NCBI GenBank assembly: GCA_964519445.1
Contig: CAZFIH010000001.1
Span: 2,144-66,143 of the forward strand
Reading direction: 5' to 3'
From: an uncultured Bdellovibrionales bacterium
GTDB lineage: Bacteria > Patescibacteriota > Minisyncoccia > Moranbacterales > UBA11712
DNA length: 64,000 bases
Shown piece by piece: positions 1-8,962 of the stretch. The translations under genes were made by a program, and so were the position numbers. Under the pieces are notes generated by a model. It was not told the DNA's origin, did no database searches, and saw only the letters and a list, made by a program, of their open reading frames with translations. How positions within the stretch are numbered: position 1 is the stretch's first letter; each line of letters begins with the position of its first letter.

Positions 1-615
1 CCGCGAGAACTTCTTCCACTTCTTCCGTTTCTTCTTCGTCGTCTCCGCCGCGTCCGGCTCGCGCTTGGGCGGCGTTTAATCTTCCTTCAGCCGCACGCGC
101 GAAGATATCAATGGCCGCTTCGGGATCTCGCTGCGCAATTCCGCGCAATGCTTCAATTTGACCAGTCATCGTTCGCTCTTTGGCGGCTCGCACCTGCTCG
201 CGCGCTTGTTCCGGCACGCGCTCAAGAACCTGGTCAAGGACTGCCAAGTGCCGCGTCGTCGCGTCGGTCACTTCGGCTTCAAGGTCAAGCTCTCCTGTGC
301 GTCCGGCGCGTTCCTTTGCTTGGGCAAATTGTTCTTCGTACAGCCCTGCTGCTTTTTCTGTGTTTTCGCTATCTTGCCGCTCGGCAAGCGCTTGTGCTTC
401 TGCTAAACGCTCCTCGGCAAGCGCGAGATAACGCCGCGTTTTGTTGGCTTCGCCAAAGGTAAAGAATGTGCCAACGCCCTCAAAGAGGCGATCCAAAAAA
501 TAGAATGGGCTTCCCGGCGTTGTTCCCGCCGCCGGCAGGCTATTTGTCTGCGCGCTTGCCGCACCGGAGAACAAAAACACTCCGAGCACGGCGATTACAA
601 TGATTTTCTCTCTCA
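1..615 (-). CDS. DUF5667-like secreted protein (partial; runs off the window start)
   Basis: The minus-strand ATG at 615 gives MREKIIVIAVLGVFLFSGAASAQ (signal peptide), then a PGSPFYFLDRLFE motif, then an Ala/Arg-rich coiled-coil-like region. The edge-truncated ORF is absent from the track. The plus ORFs at 148-462 are antisense to it. Confidence 0.5.
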
Positions 616-837
616 TATTTTTTGACGGTTAATGATTATTTAAGCGAGATTCGACTCATAATTATTATACCATATATCTAATTAATTATCTGTTGCAACG
701 CGAAGAAGAAAGTTTTGACGAAGGCTAAGTTTTCGTCAGGCTTAAATAAGACCTTAATCCTGTTTTATAGTAACATCGGGCTACCTTTTCCGATAGATCA
801 TTTTTTGGCAAGGATAGTCTTAGGGCGGGGTTAATGC

Positions 838-1092
838 TTATAGCTTTTCAATTTCTTTTAAGTCCTTATCCGGCAGATAAAGGACAAGAAGTCCGATTAC
901 AATCCCGCCAAGAGCGGTCCAGACGTGGCTGCCGCCGAAAATCCATGCGTCCAGTCCGTCCAGCACATACCAGATTCCGCGCCAGATCAGAACCAAGCCG
1001 ATAACGATGGAAATGTTTTTTGCGAGATTCTGCAATGTAATTTTATTTTTCAGCATGGTTTTTAAATAAATATTTTTTTTATTTCCCAGCAT
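838..1092 (-). CDS. small 2-TM membrane protein (hypothetical; alternative start at 1056)
   Basis: 84-aa ORF with two hydrophobic helices. No Shine-Dalgarno is visible. Confidence 0.4.
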   Translation of the reverse strand: MLGNKKNIYLKTMLKNKITLQNLAKNISIVIGLVLIWRGIWYVLDGLDAWIFGGSHVWTALGGIVIGLLVLYLPDKDLKEIEKL

Positions 1093-1122
1093 CGGGTGTT
1101 GGGAAGCGATTAAAGATTGTTG

Positions 1123-1395
1123 TCATTTTATCTTGTCTTCGTACTCGGGGAAGTATTGGGAGATGACCGAAAGATCAAATTCCCGGAGTATTGATTCTTT
1201 CGGCTCTCGTTCCAATAAAAAATCAAAAGATTTTCTCACAAGCTCTTCCGGAGTAGCCGCGCCAGCGGCTAGTTTTTTGTAATAATCCTCACTCACACTG
1301 ACTCGGTGGGTGGTGCTGCTGCCATCTTTGTCTTCAACCACGACTTCCAAAACGGCGCTTGGCAATGATTCTATTTGCTTAACAAGTATTTTCAT
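1123..1395 (-). CDS. hypothetical protein (90 aa)
   Basis: Intact ORF in the co-directional minus-strand run. An ACATTCT/AGAATGT palindrome ends 14 nt upstream of its ATG. Confidence 0.45.
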   Translation of the reverse strand: MKILVKQIESLPSAVLEVVVEDKDGSSTTHRVSVSEDYYKKLAAGAATPEELVRKSFDFLLEREPKESILREFDLSVISQYFPEYEDKIK

Positions 1396-1612
1396 ATTTA
1401 CAGTTTACAACATTCTCACATTCTTCCTCCAGAGGCGGGCAGGCAAGAATGTTGGAATGTCGTGTCGTGTCGTGTAGTGGAGTTGGGGTTTTTGGTATTA
1501 TGAAATGCACTGGGTTTGTGATGCTTCCCCGCCGCGGGCGGGAATTACGGGATTATTTTTCTCGCTCCCCACTAAAGTTCAACCTCACTTAGCAAAGCTT
1601 TATGATTTCTCA
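1396..1612. repeat. family-1 mosaic repeat, copy A (ACATTCTCACATTCT...AGAATGT module, GTCGTGT module, CCCCGCCGCGGGCGGG hairpin plus ATTATTTT, CTAAG hairpin)
   Basis: Modules shared with copies at 2490-2635, 56741-56905 and 57660-57806. Confidence 0.65.
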
Positions 1613-1651
1613 AACTGATCCTATGCAATTCTGATCTCGGTAAAGTTCCAT

Positions 1652-2269
1652 TTATGAATCGCTGTCATCATCCCTCAATGTCTCTCTGATCATCTTGAAA
1701 AGCCTTTCAAGCTGCCTAATGCCCTCGTCCCCTTCCCTTTCGAGCCCCTTAAGGACTCGCCACGCACCCTTTTCTTTTTCCGGTTCCGCGTCAGTAACTG
1801 CCTCCATATAGTCTTTCTTGATTTTTTTTAATAAAAGGTTAAAGGCTTTATCTTCTGAAATATTTTTTATTCGGGCTTCAATGCTTCTTAATTTCCTGTA
1901 AAATTCCGTCTGTCTCTTGCTGACTGGTGATATATCCATTTCCGGAATTTCCAAAGGTTTCTGCTTTTGAATCTGTTCCAGTTCCTCTTTGGCTTCGCGC
2001 AAGATGTCCAAGCCTTCTTTCCAGTTTCTGATCATGTACGTTTCCGCTTCAGGGTTTTTGAACAACTTTATTGTTTCACCGGCAGTTTCCCGGAAACTTT
2101 TTTGTATATCGATATAGATCTCATTATCAGGTAGGCTCTTGTTCTTAAGAGCGGCGTTGATAAAACTCAAAAGCGAAAAGACTTCGGATGATAGATCTTC
2201 CATTGTTTCCGGATAGCCGGAATCAGACTGTTCAATTTTTGGCGGACCGCTCTCCCGGTCAAAAGTCAT
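1652..2269 (-). CDS. hypothetical protein (205 aa, charged/helical)
   Basis: Intact ORF, flanked on both sides by copies of the family-1 mosaic repeat. Confidence 0.45.
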   Translation of the reverse strand: MTFDRESGPPKIEQSDSGYPETMEDLSSEVFSLLSFINAALKNKSLPDNEIYIDIQKSFRETAGETIKLFKNPEAETYMIRNWKEGLDILREAKEELEQIQKQKPLEIPEMDISPVSKRQTEFYRKLRSIEARIKNISEDKAFNLLLKKIKKDYMEAVTDAEPEKEKGAWRVLKGLEREGDEGIRQLERLFKMIRETLRDDDSDS

Positions 2270-2489
2270 AGCTGGTTTTCATTTTTTGTTACTAAATGTA
2301 GCATATATCCCCCGCCGAACAAAAACCATCCGGGGAGACTGAAAAGGAATTTACTATTTAGCATAATAAGACGGCCGTATCAAAATGCTAAGTCTGGCAT
2401 AAAGAACGGAAAAGGCGGTAATTAATTGGGATTGGCAGAAAAATGCTGCGGGCATCAAAGAATGCTTAGTTGGGGAGGCTGGGAGAGGT

Positions 2490-2635
2490 GGTGGTAACGT
2501 ACCGGGTAACGTAGAATGGAACGTTACATTACCGCCTATGGCCGGGCTTCCCCGCCGCGGGCGGGGGGGGGTTGCAAGATTATTTTCCTCGCTCTCTGCT
2601 AAGATTCGACCTTAGCGAAGCCTTATAACTTATTT
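2490..2635. repeat. family-1 mosaic repeat, copy B
   Basis: GTAACGTACC module, CCCCGCCGCGGGCGGG(G7), ATTATTTTCCTCGCTC and the GCTAAGATTCGACCTTAGC hairpin. Confidence 0.65.
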
Positions 2636-2641
2636 TCAAAA

Positions 2642-3766
2642 TCATTTGTATGAGTCTGTCAGAATTTCTGAATAATTGTCCGGGTTGTGGTAACCGCCTT
2701 CAGTCGGATCATAAGCGGAAAGAGGCAGAGTGTAGCTTCGCCCGGTGGAAGGCGAAACCAGATCCGATTCCACGCCCATAATGGCATCGCTGAAATTATG
2801 CGAAGCGCGATCCTGGACGCTATTGCGATATTCCCAAGCTTCCATCAAGGGACTCGAATCATTCTCCAGATCCGCCGCAGTCGTCAGTTTGACCATATCC
2901 GCGCCGCCGACTTTTGAAGGATTGGTTATTATCGCGCTTAAAGCCACCCTTTCCAGAAGCGGCGCCCACTTGTCCCACTTGTCCGGTGTTGTCTGAAAAC
3001 CTTTGAAAACGGCAACATACTGCCCCTGGCCGTTGATAACACCGGCATCGGCTTTTATTTTCAGGGGAGTGTTCTCTTTTTTGCAGGTGAAAATTTTTGT
3101 CTTTTCTTTCCAGACATAGCCGGGAGCGGACGGATTGGCAATTTCTCCTTCTTCGGATTGTGAAATATAGTTTATGCTTGTCAGGCCGCCCATATCGGCT
3201 ATTTTTTCGATGAAAGCGTCCGGGCTGCTTTTGCCGGGCCAGCCCGAAACTGCGATCAGGGCGACGCCTATATTGCTGTCTTCAGGATTGACAATATTGA
3301 TTCCGTTTATGCTTTCATCCGTTTTCCAGCCTTCGGGAACCTTGGCGGAAAATATTTGCCCGTTGTAAGCGGCCAGCTTCAGGGAAGAATTTACATAATT
3401 TTCAGATAAGAATTCCGATCCGGCCGCGTCGTATTTTTCTGCTTCCTCCCTTGAGATGCATTTTTTTCCGTTGAAACATTCGCCCTTGCCGCAACTGCAG
3501 AATTTCACTTCATGGCTGTATTCAGGCGCGCAGCCGCAGGCCCCGATGGCGCAATTGTCCGGAAAATCTTCGGCTGACTCGCAGCAGGACGCGGCGGTAA
3601 CGGTGCCTCCCGAATCCAAACAGGCCTGTTCCCGGTCAGACGGCGTTTCAATATCCGCCGTTTTTTTATTTTCCGCCGGCATTTTTGTTTTTGAAAACTG
3701 AACTGCCGCCCAAACGGCCGTGCCGGCGATAATTATTGCAATAGCCGCCAAATAAATTTTTTTCAT
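2642..3766 (-). CDS. secreted/membrane-anchored Cys-rich protein (hypothetical)
   Basis: The ORF is trimmed to the internal start MKKIYLAAIAIIIAGTAVWA (signal anchor), because the longer start overlaps the upstream gene. An N-terminal Cys-rich module follows. Confidence 0.5.
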   Translation of the reverse strand: MKKIYLAAIAIIIAGTAVWAAVQFSKTKMPAENKKTADIETPSDREQACLDSGGTVTAASCCESAEDFPDNCAIGACGCAPEYSHEVKFCSCGKGECFNGKKCISREEAEKYDAAGSEFLSENYVNSSLKLAAYNGQIFSAKVPEGWKTDESINGINIVNPEDSNIGVALIAVSGWPGKSSPDAFIEKIADMGGLTSINYISQSEEGEIANPSAPGYVWKEKTKIFTCKKENTPLKIKADAGVINGQGQYVAVFKGFQTTPDKWDKWAPLLERVALSAIITNPSKVGGADMVKLTTAADLENDSSPLMEAWEYRNSVQDRASHNFSDAIMGVESDLVSPSTGRSYTLPLSAYDPTEGGYHNPDNYSEILTDSYK

Positions 3767-3788
3767 AAGCTTTCGTTTAATGTTTATT

Positions 3789-4742
3789 TTATTTTCTGCA
3801 TAGCCATACAAATTCACTTTGGCTGTCTTTTGAAAAGCATTCTTGTTTTTCACAGTCAAAACCTTGTTTCTTATATTCAGGCAGTTCGCTGCTTTCCGAT
3901 TTCAGATATTTCCAATCATCATATTTTGATTCACAAGTCCATTCCACTTTTGTCACAGATGGCTCGGGCATTACGCTCCCCTCCGCTTCACCTCCTGAAA
4001 ATTCCAAAGGCATGGGGTAACATTTATAATTTTTGTTTTCAAAGCCAATTACTTGGGCAGGCAGGCGTTTTTTGTCCCAATTTTCACGCGAAGTGATAGT
4101 GACTTCAGTATACTTTTCGTCAGTAAATGTTTGAAGATCTTTAAACGGCTCAACTGTTCCGTTTAGCAGATTAGTGCAATCTTTTCCGGAAAACGAGATA
4201 TCCGAACCAGTATTCGACTTAAAACTCCGGGCCATGCTCTCAAAAACGGTTCCAAATCTTTTGTATACGGACTCATTTTCATAAGTGCAAAAAAGACCAA
4301 GTCCTTCTTGGCCATTTAAAGTATAAATTGCGTCTTTCATTCCTTCGGGCTGCCGGGTAAGTAGATATATGGCTTTTTGTCCGGCTAAAAGCGTCTCTTT
4401 CTTTCCTAAAACTTTTTCCTCCGATGCCGGATCTTCCATAAGCCAGCTGATAAATTCTTCAAGATTTTGAGGCTTTCCTTGTTCGTTTGTCAGGGCATTA
4501 GAAAATCCGTAAGCATAACAAATGACCTCTTCTCCTGGAGCAATCATTTCTCGTCCGGCATTATTGGTTTCCGCTTCGCCCAACTGCCAGTTAGGCGGAT
4601 ATTTCAAACTGAAACCATAACGGGAGTTTTCATAAACGTTCCAACTGCTCCATTTCTGACCTTTAAAATATAAATAAAAAAGAAAAAAACAAAACAAGAT
4701 TATTACAATAATCACGATAAAGCAAATGACTTTCTTTTTCAT
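3789..4742 (-). CDS. membrane-anchored secreted protein (hypothetical)
   Basis: 317-aa ORF with an N-terminal TM (MKKKVICFIVIIVIILFCFF). An extended -10 TGTTATAAT lies upstream at 4775-4783 (minus). Confidence 0.5.
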   Translation of the reverse strand: MKKKVICFIVIIVIILFCFFLFYLYFKGQKWSSWNVYENSRYGFSLKYPPNWQLGEAETNNAGREMIAPGEEVICYAYGFSNALTNEQGKPQNLEEFISWLMEDPASEEKVLGKKETLLAGQKAIYLLTRQPEGMKDAIYTLNGQEGLGLFCTYENESVYKRFGTVFESMARSFKSNTGSDISFSGKDCTNLLNGTVEPFKDLQTFTDEKYTEVTITSRENWDKKRLPAQVIGFENKNYKCYPMPLEFSGGEAEGSVMPEPSVTKVEWTCESKYDDWKYLKSESSELPEYKKQGFDCEKQECFSKDSQSEFVWLCRK

Positions 4743-4921
4743 TTTTATTTTCTAAGGATTTCTTGCACCTAAATTATAACATTTTTTTGCAAAAGACAAG
4801 GAACAGTTCTAAAAAAACCGGATTTGTCCAATGATTTCCAAGAGGGATCTTTCAGAACCCAGTCGAGGACGGTCTTCGATTTATCGGGAGCCAACAGGGT
4901 TGCCTGACCTCCCGCGCTAAG

Positions 4922-4992
4922 CTCGGGGAGAAGGATTCGAACCTTCATGCCGTGATCCAGAGTCACGTATCCTACCATTAGATGATCCCCGA
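4922..4992 (-). tRNA. tRNA-Gln (anticodon CUG), no encoded CCA
   Basis: The minus strand reads TCGGGGA TC ATCT AATGGTA GGAT A CGTGA CTCTGGA TCACG GCAT GAAGG TTCGAAT CCTTC TCCCCGA G. It folds as a cloverleaf with U1:A72, G73 and the GGTTCGAATCC T-arm. The track ORF 4769..4978 overlaps it and is spurious. Confidence 0.8.
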
Positions 4993-5154
4993 ACTTAGCG
5001 CAAGACAGGTGCCGCCAGATGCCTTATTCGTCGGCTCTGATGAAACGGCCGCTAGACGATCCTCGAATGTCTGGGTATTCTATATCAAAATAAATCTTTT
5101 TTCAATACAAAAAGCCCTCCAGGAGCTTTTTTCAAAACGGCTAGGCTGTTTTAT

Positions 5155-6066
5155 TTATATTCTCAAATACCTTCTGATGGCGATGAGACTGCTTACTGTG
5201 CCGAGAGCCATGCCGGTCAAGAGCTGAACGATGAATATGAGCCAGTACCAGCGCATGAAGTTGGCCTGAACTTCAGCCACGGAAACTTGTCCGGCGACAA
5301 AAGGCGCCAGGAGCTTCATGGCGGGAAAAAGGAGAATGGAGACGATTATCGCGGAAATAGCGCCGTAAATAATTCCCTCAAAAATGAAAGGCAGGCGTAT
5401 ATAATGGTTGGAAGCGCCGACGAGGCGCATAATTTCAATTTCCTGGCGATGGGCATAGATCGTGATCCGAATGGCGTTGAAAGTGATGAGAATGGCGATG
5501 AGCGAAAACAAAAGCACCAGAACAAGGCCCACGTTCCGGGATGTATTCAAAATGGTATTCAGTCTCTCGATTATGATTTTGTTTTTGGCGTAGTTTATCC
5601 GGCTTATGTCTGATTTGAATTCAGAATTTTCAATGGCGTTGGCAATTGTGTCGTACTGATTGGGACTGACAGCCTTGATGTTGACCGACGCGTTGAGGGG
5701 ATTCCCGCCGATGGCTTCGAGCGACTGGAGTATGACGGGATTATCCTCGTTTTTGGCTTTGAATTCCTGAAGAGCTCTTCCTTTCGACACGTAATCCGCC
5801 GATTTAACCTCCCGATAGGAAAGAATTTTCGAGCGAAATTCGAGAATCCGTGATTCTTCGGTCTCGCTCACGAAATAGACGCTGATGTCCACTTTGTCCT
5901 GGACGGATTTGATCACCAGGTTGGCCGAGATGGAGAGCACGATAAGGAGGCTGATGATAAGAAGAGTCAGAATCAAAATGCTCATTACGGCAAAACTCAA
6001 CCAGCCGTTTCGCCAGAAATGCTGGAGGCCGGACTTGAATGTGCGGGAAAACGTAAGTAATATCAT
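5155..6066 (-). CDS. ftsX: cell division permease-like protein FtsX
   Basis: 303 aa with an N-terminal TM, a large periplasmic loop and three C-terminal TMs (FtsX topology). It lies immediately downstream of ftsE. Confidence 0.85.
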   Translation of the reverse strand: MILLTFSRTFKSGLQHFWRNGWLSFAVMSILILTLLIISLLIVLSISANLVIKSVQDKVDISVYFVSETEESRILEFRSKILSYREVKSADYVSKGRALQEFKAKNEDNPVILQSLEAIGGNPLNASVNIKAVSPNQYDTIANAIENSEFKSDISRINYAKNKIIIERLNTILNTSRNVGLVLVLLFSLIAILITFNAIRITIYAHRQEIEIMRLVGASNHYIRLPFIFEGIIYGAISAIIVSILLFPAMKLLAPFVAGQVSVAEVQANFMRWYWLIFIVQLLTGMALGTVSSLIAIRRYLRI

Positions 6067-6086
6067 AAATATATTGTTTTTTACTT

Positions 6087-6203
6087 TCTCTGCGAACTAC
6101 GAAATTATACGAACATACGAAAATAAATTTCTCTTGTCGCGCGATTTACAAAATATTTGAACAACAATTTTTTATTTTAGTACATTTTCGTAGTTCGCAG
6201 AGA
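6087..6203. repeat. TACGAA-arm palindromic element between ftsE and ftsX (18-bp perfect inverted repeat TCTCTGCGAACTACGAAA, 81-nt spacer)
   Basis: Arms at 6087-6104 and 6186-6203. The loop contains AATATTTGAACA. Confidence 0.7.
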
Positions 6204-6205
6204 GT

Positions 6206-6892
6206 TCAAATGGAATATCTCCCCTTGCTGTGGTCGCGGGACAATCGTCCCTGGTCGAGAGTAATGACTCTTTTTTTGACGCGGTTCACGATGTCTTTGT
6301 TGTGAGTGGCCAGAATCACGGTTGTGCCGAGCTTGTTGATCTTCAGCAAAAGCTGAATGATCCCCCACGAGCTGATCGGATCGAGGTTCCCCGTCGGCTC
6401 GTCGGCAATGATGAGCGGCGGACGATGGACTAGGGCCCGCGCGATCGCCACTCTCTGTTGTTCCCCGCCGGAAATTTCTCTCGGATAGCTTTCCGCTTTG
6501 TGGGCAAGTCCCACGATTTCGAGAATTTGGGGAACGCTTTTTTCAATTTCTTTGGCGGGATAATCGGAAACTTCCAGGGCAAAGGCGATGTTTTCGTATA
6601 TTGTTTTATTGGGAAGCAGTTTGAAGTCCTGAAAGACGTTGCCTATCCGGCGCCGGTGCAGAGGAACTTCCTTGGGTTTGATCTGGGTGATATCCTGGTT
6701 TTCGAAGAGCACTTCTCCGGATGTGGGCTTTTCTTCCGCGGCGATGATTTTGAGAAGAGTCGACTTTCCGGCGCCGCTGTGCCCGACTATGGAAACAAGC
6801 TCTCCTTTTTTAACTTCAAAACTGATGTCATCCAAAGCGACAGTGTTGATTCCCCCGGTATAGACCTTTTTTACGTTTCGGAATATTATCAT
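6206..6892 (-). CDS. ftsE: cell division ABC ATPase FtsE
   Basis: Walker [13 protein letters not shown] signature [15 protein letters not shown] and Walker [13 protein letters not shown]. Confidence 0.9.
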   Translation of the reverse strand: MIIFRNVKKVYTGGINTVALDDISFEVKKGELVSIVGHSGAGKSTLLKIIAAEEKPTSGEVLFENQDITQIKPKEVPLHRRRIGNVFQDFKLLPNKTIYENIAFALEVSDYPAKEIEKSVPQILEIVGLAHKAESYPREISGGEQQRVAIARALVHRPPLIIADEPTGNLDPISSWGIIQLLLKINKLGTTVILATHNKDIVNRVKKRVITLDQGRLSRDHSKGRYSI

Positions 6893-6914
6893 AAAAATTC
6901 AAAATTAACACATC

Positions 6915-7012
6915 AAAATGCGAAACCGCAGCGTGAAATTCAAAATGAAAAAATATCAAAATCGATTCCGGATTCTATTTTGATATTTTTTGCGTTTCGC
7001 ATTGTCGCCTTG
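6915..7012. repeat. long imperfect hairpin between prfB and ftsE (AAATGCGAAAC...GTTTCGCATT arms)
   Basis: AATGCGAAACCGC / GCGTTTCGCATT and AAAAATATCAAAAT / ATTTTGATATTTTT pair around CGATTCCGGATTCT. Confidence 0.5.
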
Positions 7013-7016
7013 ATTT

Positions 7017-8106
7017 TTATATTTTGCATTTGGCCAGGTATGCTTCGATGAATCCGTCAATATTTCCGTCCAGCGCTTCCTCCGGATTTTTTGACTCAAA
7101 GCCGGTGCGATGGTCTTTCACGAGTTTGTAGGGATGCAGGACATAGGACCTAATCTGGCTTCCCCACTGGACGCTTTTGTGCTCTCCTTTGAGCCGAGCG
7201 TCTTTTTTTTCTTTTTCCTCAATTTGTTTGTGAAGCAACCGGGCTTGGATAATTTTCATAGCCGTTTCCCTGTTTTGAAGCTGGCTTCTTTCACTCTGCG
7301 ACGATGAGGTTATTCCCGTCGGCAGATGCGTTATGCGCACGGCGCTGGACGTTTTGTTGACGTGCTGTCCTCCCGCTCCGCCGGCCCGGAAAGTATCTAT
7401 CCTGATGTCCGCCGGGTCGATTTCCACTTCCCTAATTTTATCAGTTTCGGGCAAAACTTCAACAAGGGCGAAGGATGTTTGCCGCAAATTGTTGGCATTG
7501 AACGGTGAGAGTCTCACCAAGCGGTGAATTCCGGCCTCCGCCTTGAGGTGGCCATAGGCGTGATTTCCCTTTATTTGAATCGTGGCGCTTTTCAGGCCGG
7601 CTTCCTGGGCCCTTGTTTCCGAAATAATTTTGACTTTCCATTCTTTTTTTTCCGCGAAACGCACGTACATTCGAAGGAGCATTTGGGCCCAATCTTGAGC
7701 GTCCGCTCCGCCCGTCCCGCTGTGAACGGAGACGATTGCGTTTTGTCTGTCGTACTCTCCAAAAAATAACGTTTGAAATTCGAGATTCTCGACTCTTTCT
7801 TCCAGGCTCCGCAAGCGCTCGCCGATTTCTTTTTCTATTTTCCTGTCTTCGGATCCGAGTTTCTCCATTTCTTCCATTTCGGAGATTTCTTGGGCGAGGT
7901 CTCCAGCTTCGCCCACTTCTTTTCTGAGGTTTTCCAACTCCTTCAACGTATTCCGGGCGGATTCCGGGTTTTCCCAGAAATTTTCTTTTTTTGATTGATC
8001 TTCCAATTTCTGAATTTTCTTTCCTTTTTCAGCCAAGTCAAAGACAGTCACCCGCAAGGGTGATTCTATCCTTAAGTTCTTTGATCTTTTCTCGGATATC
8101 TTGCAT
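7017..8106 (-). CDS. prfB: peptide chain release factor 2 with programmed +1 frameshift
   Basis: SPF and GGQ motifs (LSPFNANN, GGAGGQHVNKT). Frame 0 from the ATG at 8106 reads MQDIREKIKELKDRITLAGDCL and then hits TGA inside the classic CTT TGA C site (plus 8037-8043). The +1 frame continues DLAEKGKK... through to 7017. Confidence 0.85.
8037..8043 (-). promoter_or_regulatory. prfB autoregulatory +1 frameshift site CTTTGAC
   Basis: The canonical RF2 shift heptamer sits at codons 22-23 of prfB. Confidence 0.8.
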
Positions 8107-8116
8107 TTATGAAAAA

Positions 8117-8128
8117 ATTATATCACAA
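8117..8128 (-). promoter_or_regulatory. extended -10 promoter (TGTGATATAAT) for prfB; near-leaderless start
   Basis: The minus strand reads TTGTGATATAATTTTTTCATAAATGCAAG. The -10 box ends about 10 nt before the prfB ATG. Confidence 0.45.
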
Positions 8129-8404
8129 TTATCATTTATACGCTAAAGTGGCAAATTCCATTGCGCGAAGCGCGAAAAGTATTTTAGGTTCAATGGTTTT
8201 TTTGCAATTTTTTTGCGAATTTAGTAATTTGCCGCCGAACGGCGTCGAGCTTTCTGCCAATTTAAAAAGTAACGTACAATGTCTGCCCGCCTCCGCCCGA
8301 AGCGGCTAAATCCGGAGAGGTGCGTTACCGCCCCATAACATTTTCCATTATTTAGCGACATCCGCTACCCTTCTCTAGTGAACTAGAATCAATGCCGCCA
8401 TATT

Positions 8405-8440
8405 GTTCAAAAAAAGACCTTTTTTTTCGGAAGGTCTTTT
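8405..8440 (-). terminator. intrinsic terminator (AAGACCTT / AAGGTCTT hairpin plus U-tract)
   Basis: Perfect 8-bp stem flanked by A and T runs. It sits downstream of the 8610..8906 gene on the minus strand. Confidence 0.6.
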
Positions 8441-8609
8441 TCATTTTTTTTATTTTTTTGGTTTCGTTCGGATGTAGCAGACGATCAAAATAATGTTGAG
8501 TATGGGCCAGATGAAGACGGAGAAGTATAATAGCCAAACAATGTTGTAGGAATCAAATATATCAGATTTAGTAAGTTCCGCAAAACATAATTTTATTCAA
8601 TCCGCGCGC

Positions 8610-8906
8610 CTATTTCTTTTGAAAATATTTATTTTTGAGAAAGCCAAGAGCCAGCAGAATGGCAAGCGCTATGTTTATATACGGCCAAATAATGACAATT
8701 ATGAAATATAAGGCCCTTGGGTGAAAACTGTACCGACCCATAAAGTATAAATATAATAGAATATTTAAAATGACCGACATCCATAAAATCGCTCCGAATA
8801 TTTTCTTTCTTGCAACGAGGAACCAGGACCCATATGCACCGATGATAATAATAGCTAGATAGATTACATTTGCGATTGCCTTTCCTAGCCCTATGTCATC
8901 AAACAT
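8610..8906 (-). CDS. small multi-TM membrane protein (hypothetical)
   Basis: 98 aa with three hydrophobic helices. A terminator follows. Confidence 0.45.
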   Translation of the reverse strand: MFDDIGLGKAIANVIYLAIIIIGAYGSWFLVARKKIFGAILWMSVILNILLYLYFMGRYSFHPRALYFIIVIIWPYINIALAILLALGFLKNKYFQKK

Positions 8907-8962
8907 AACTTTTGTTCAATCCACACAAAGAGATCTTTGCAAAGATTGCTTTTAATTAATGT

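Noticed and set aside
148-462. Three overlapping plus-strand ORFs in the GC-rich first 600 nt
   Set aside because: They are antisense to a better-supported minus-strand DUF5667-like gene (signal peptide, conserved motif). The high GC inflates random ORF length.
1396-2641. CRISPR array or integron attC sites as the explanation for the family-1 repeats
   Set aside because: There are no regularly spaced identical direct repeats with unique spacers. No RYYYAAC/GTTRRRY core sites and no integrase gene were seen in the window.
4769-4978. 69-aa minus-strand ORF
   Set aside because: It overlaps the tRNA-Gln gene and has no SD.
5000-5065. Possible SRP RNA or second tRNA next to tRNA-Gln (CAGGTGCCGCCAGATGCC resembles the 4.5S GTGCCGGGATG/CAGATGAC words)
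   Set aside because: It lacks the conserved GGAAGCAGC apical motif and the long symmetric hairpin. No T-arm is present. The match is too weak to call.
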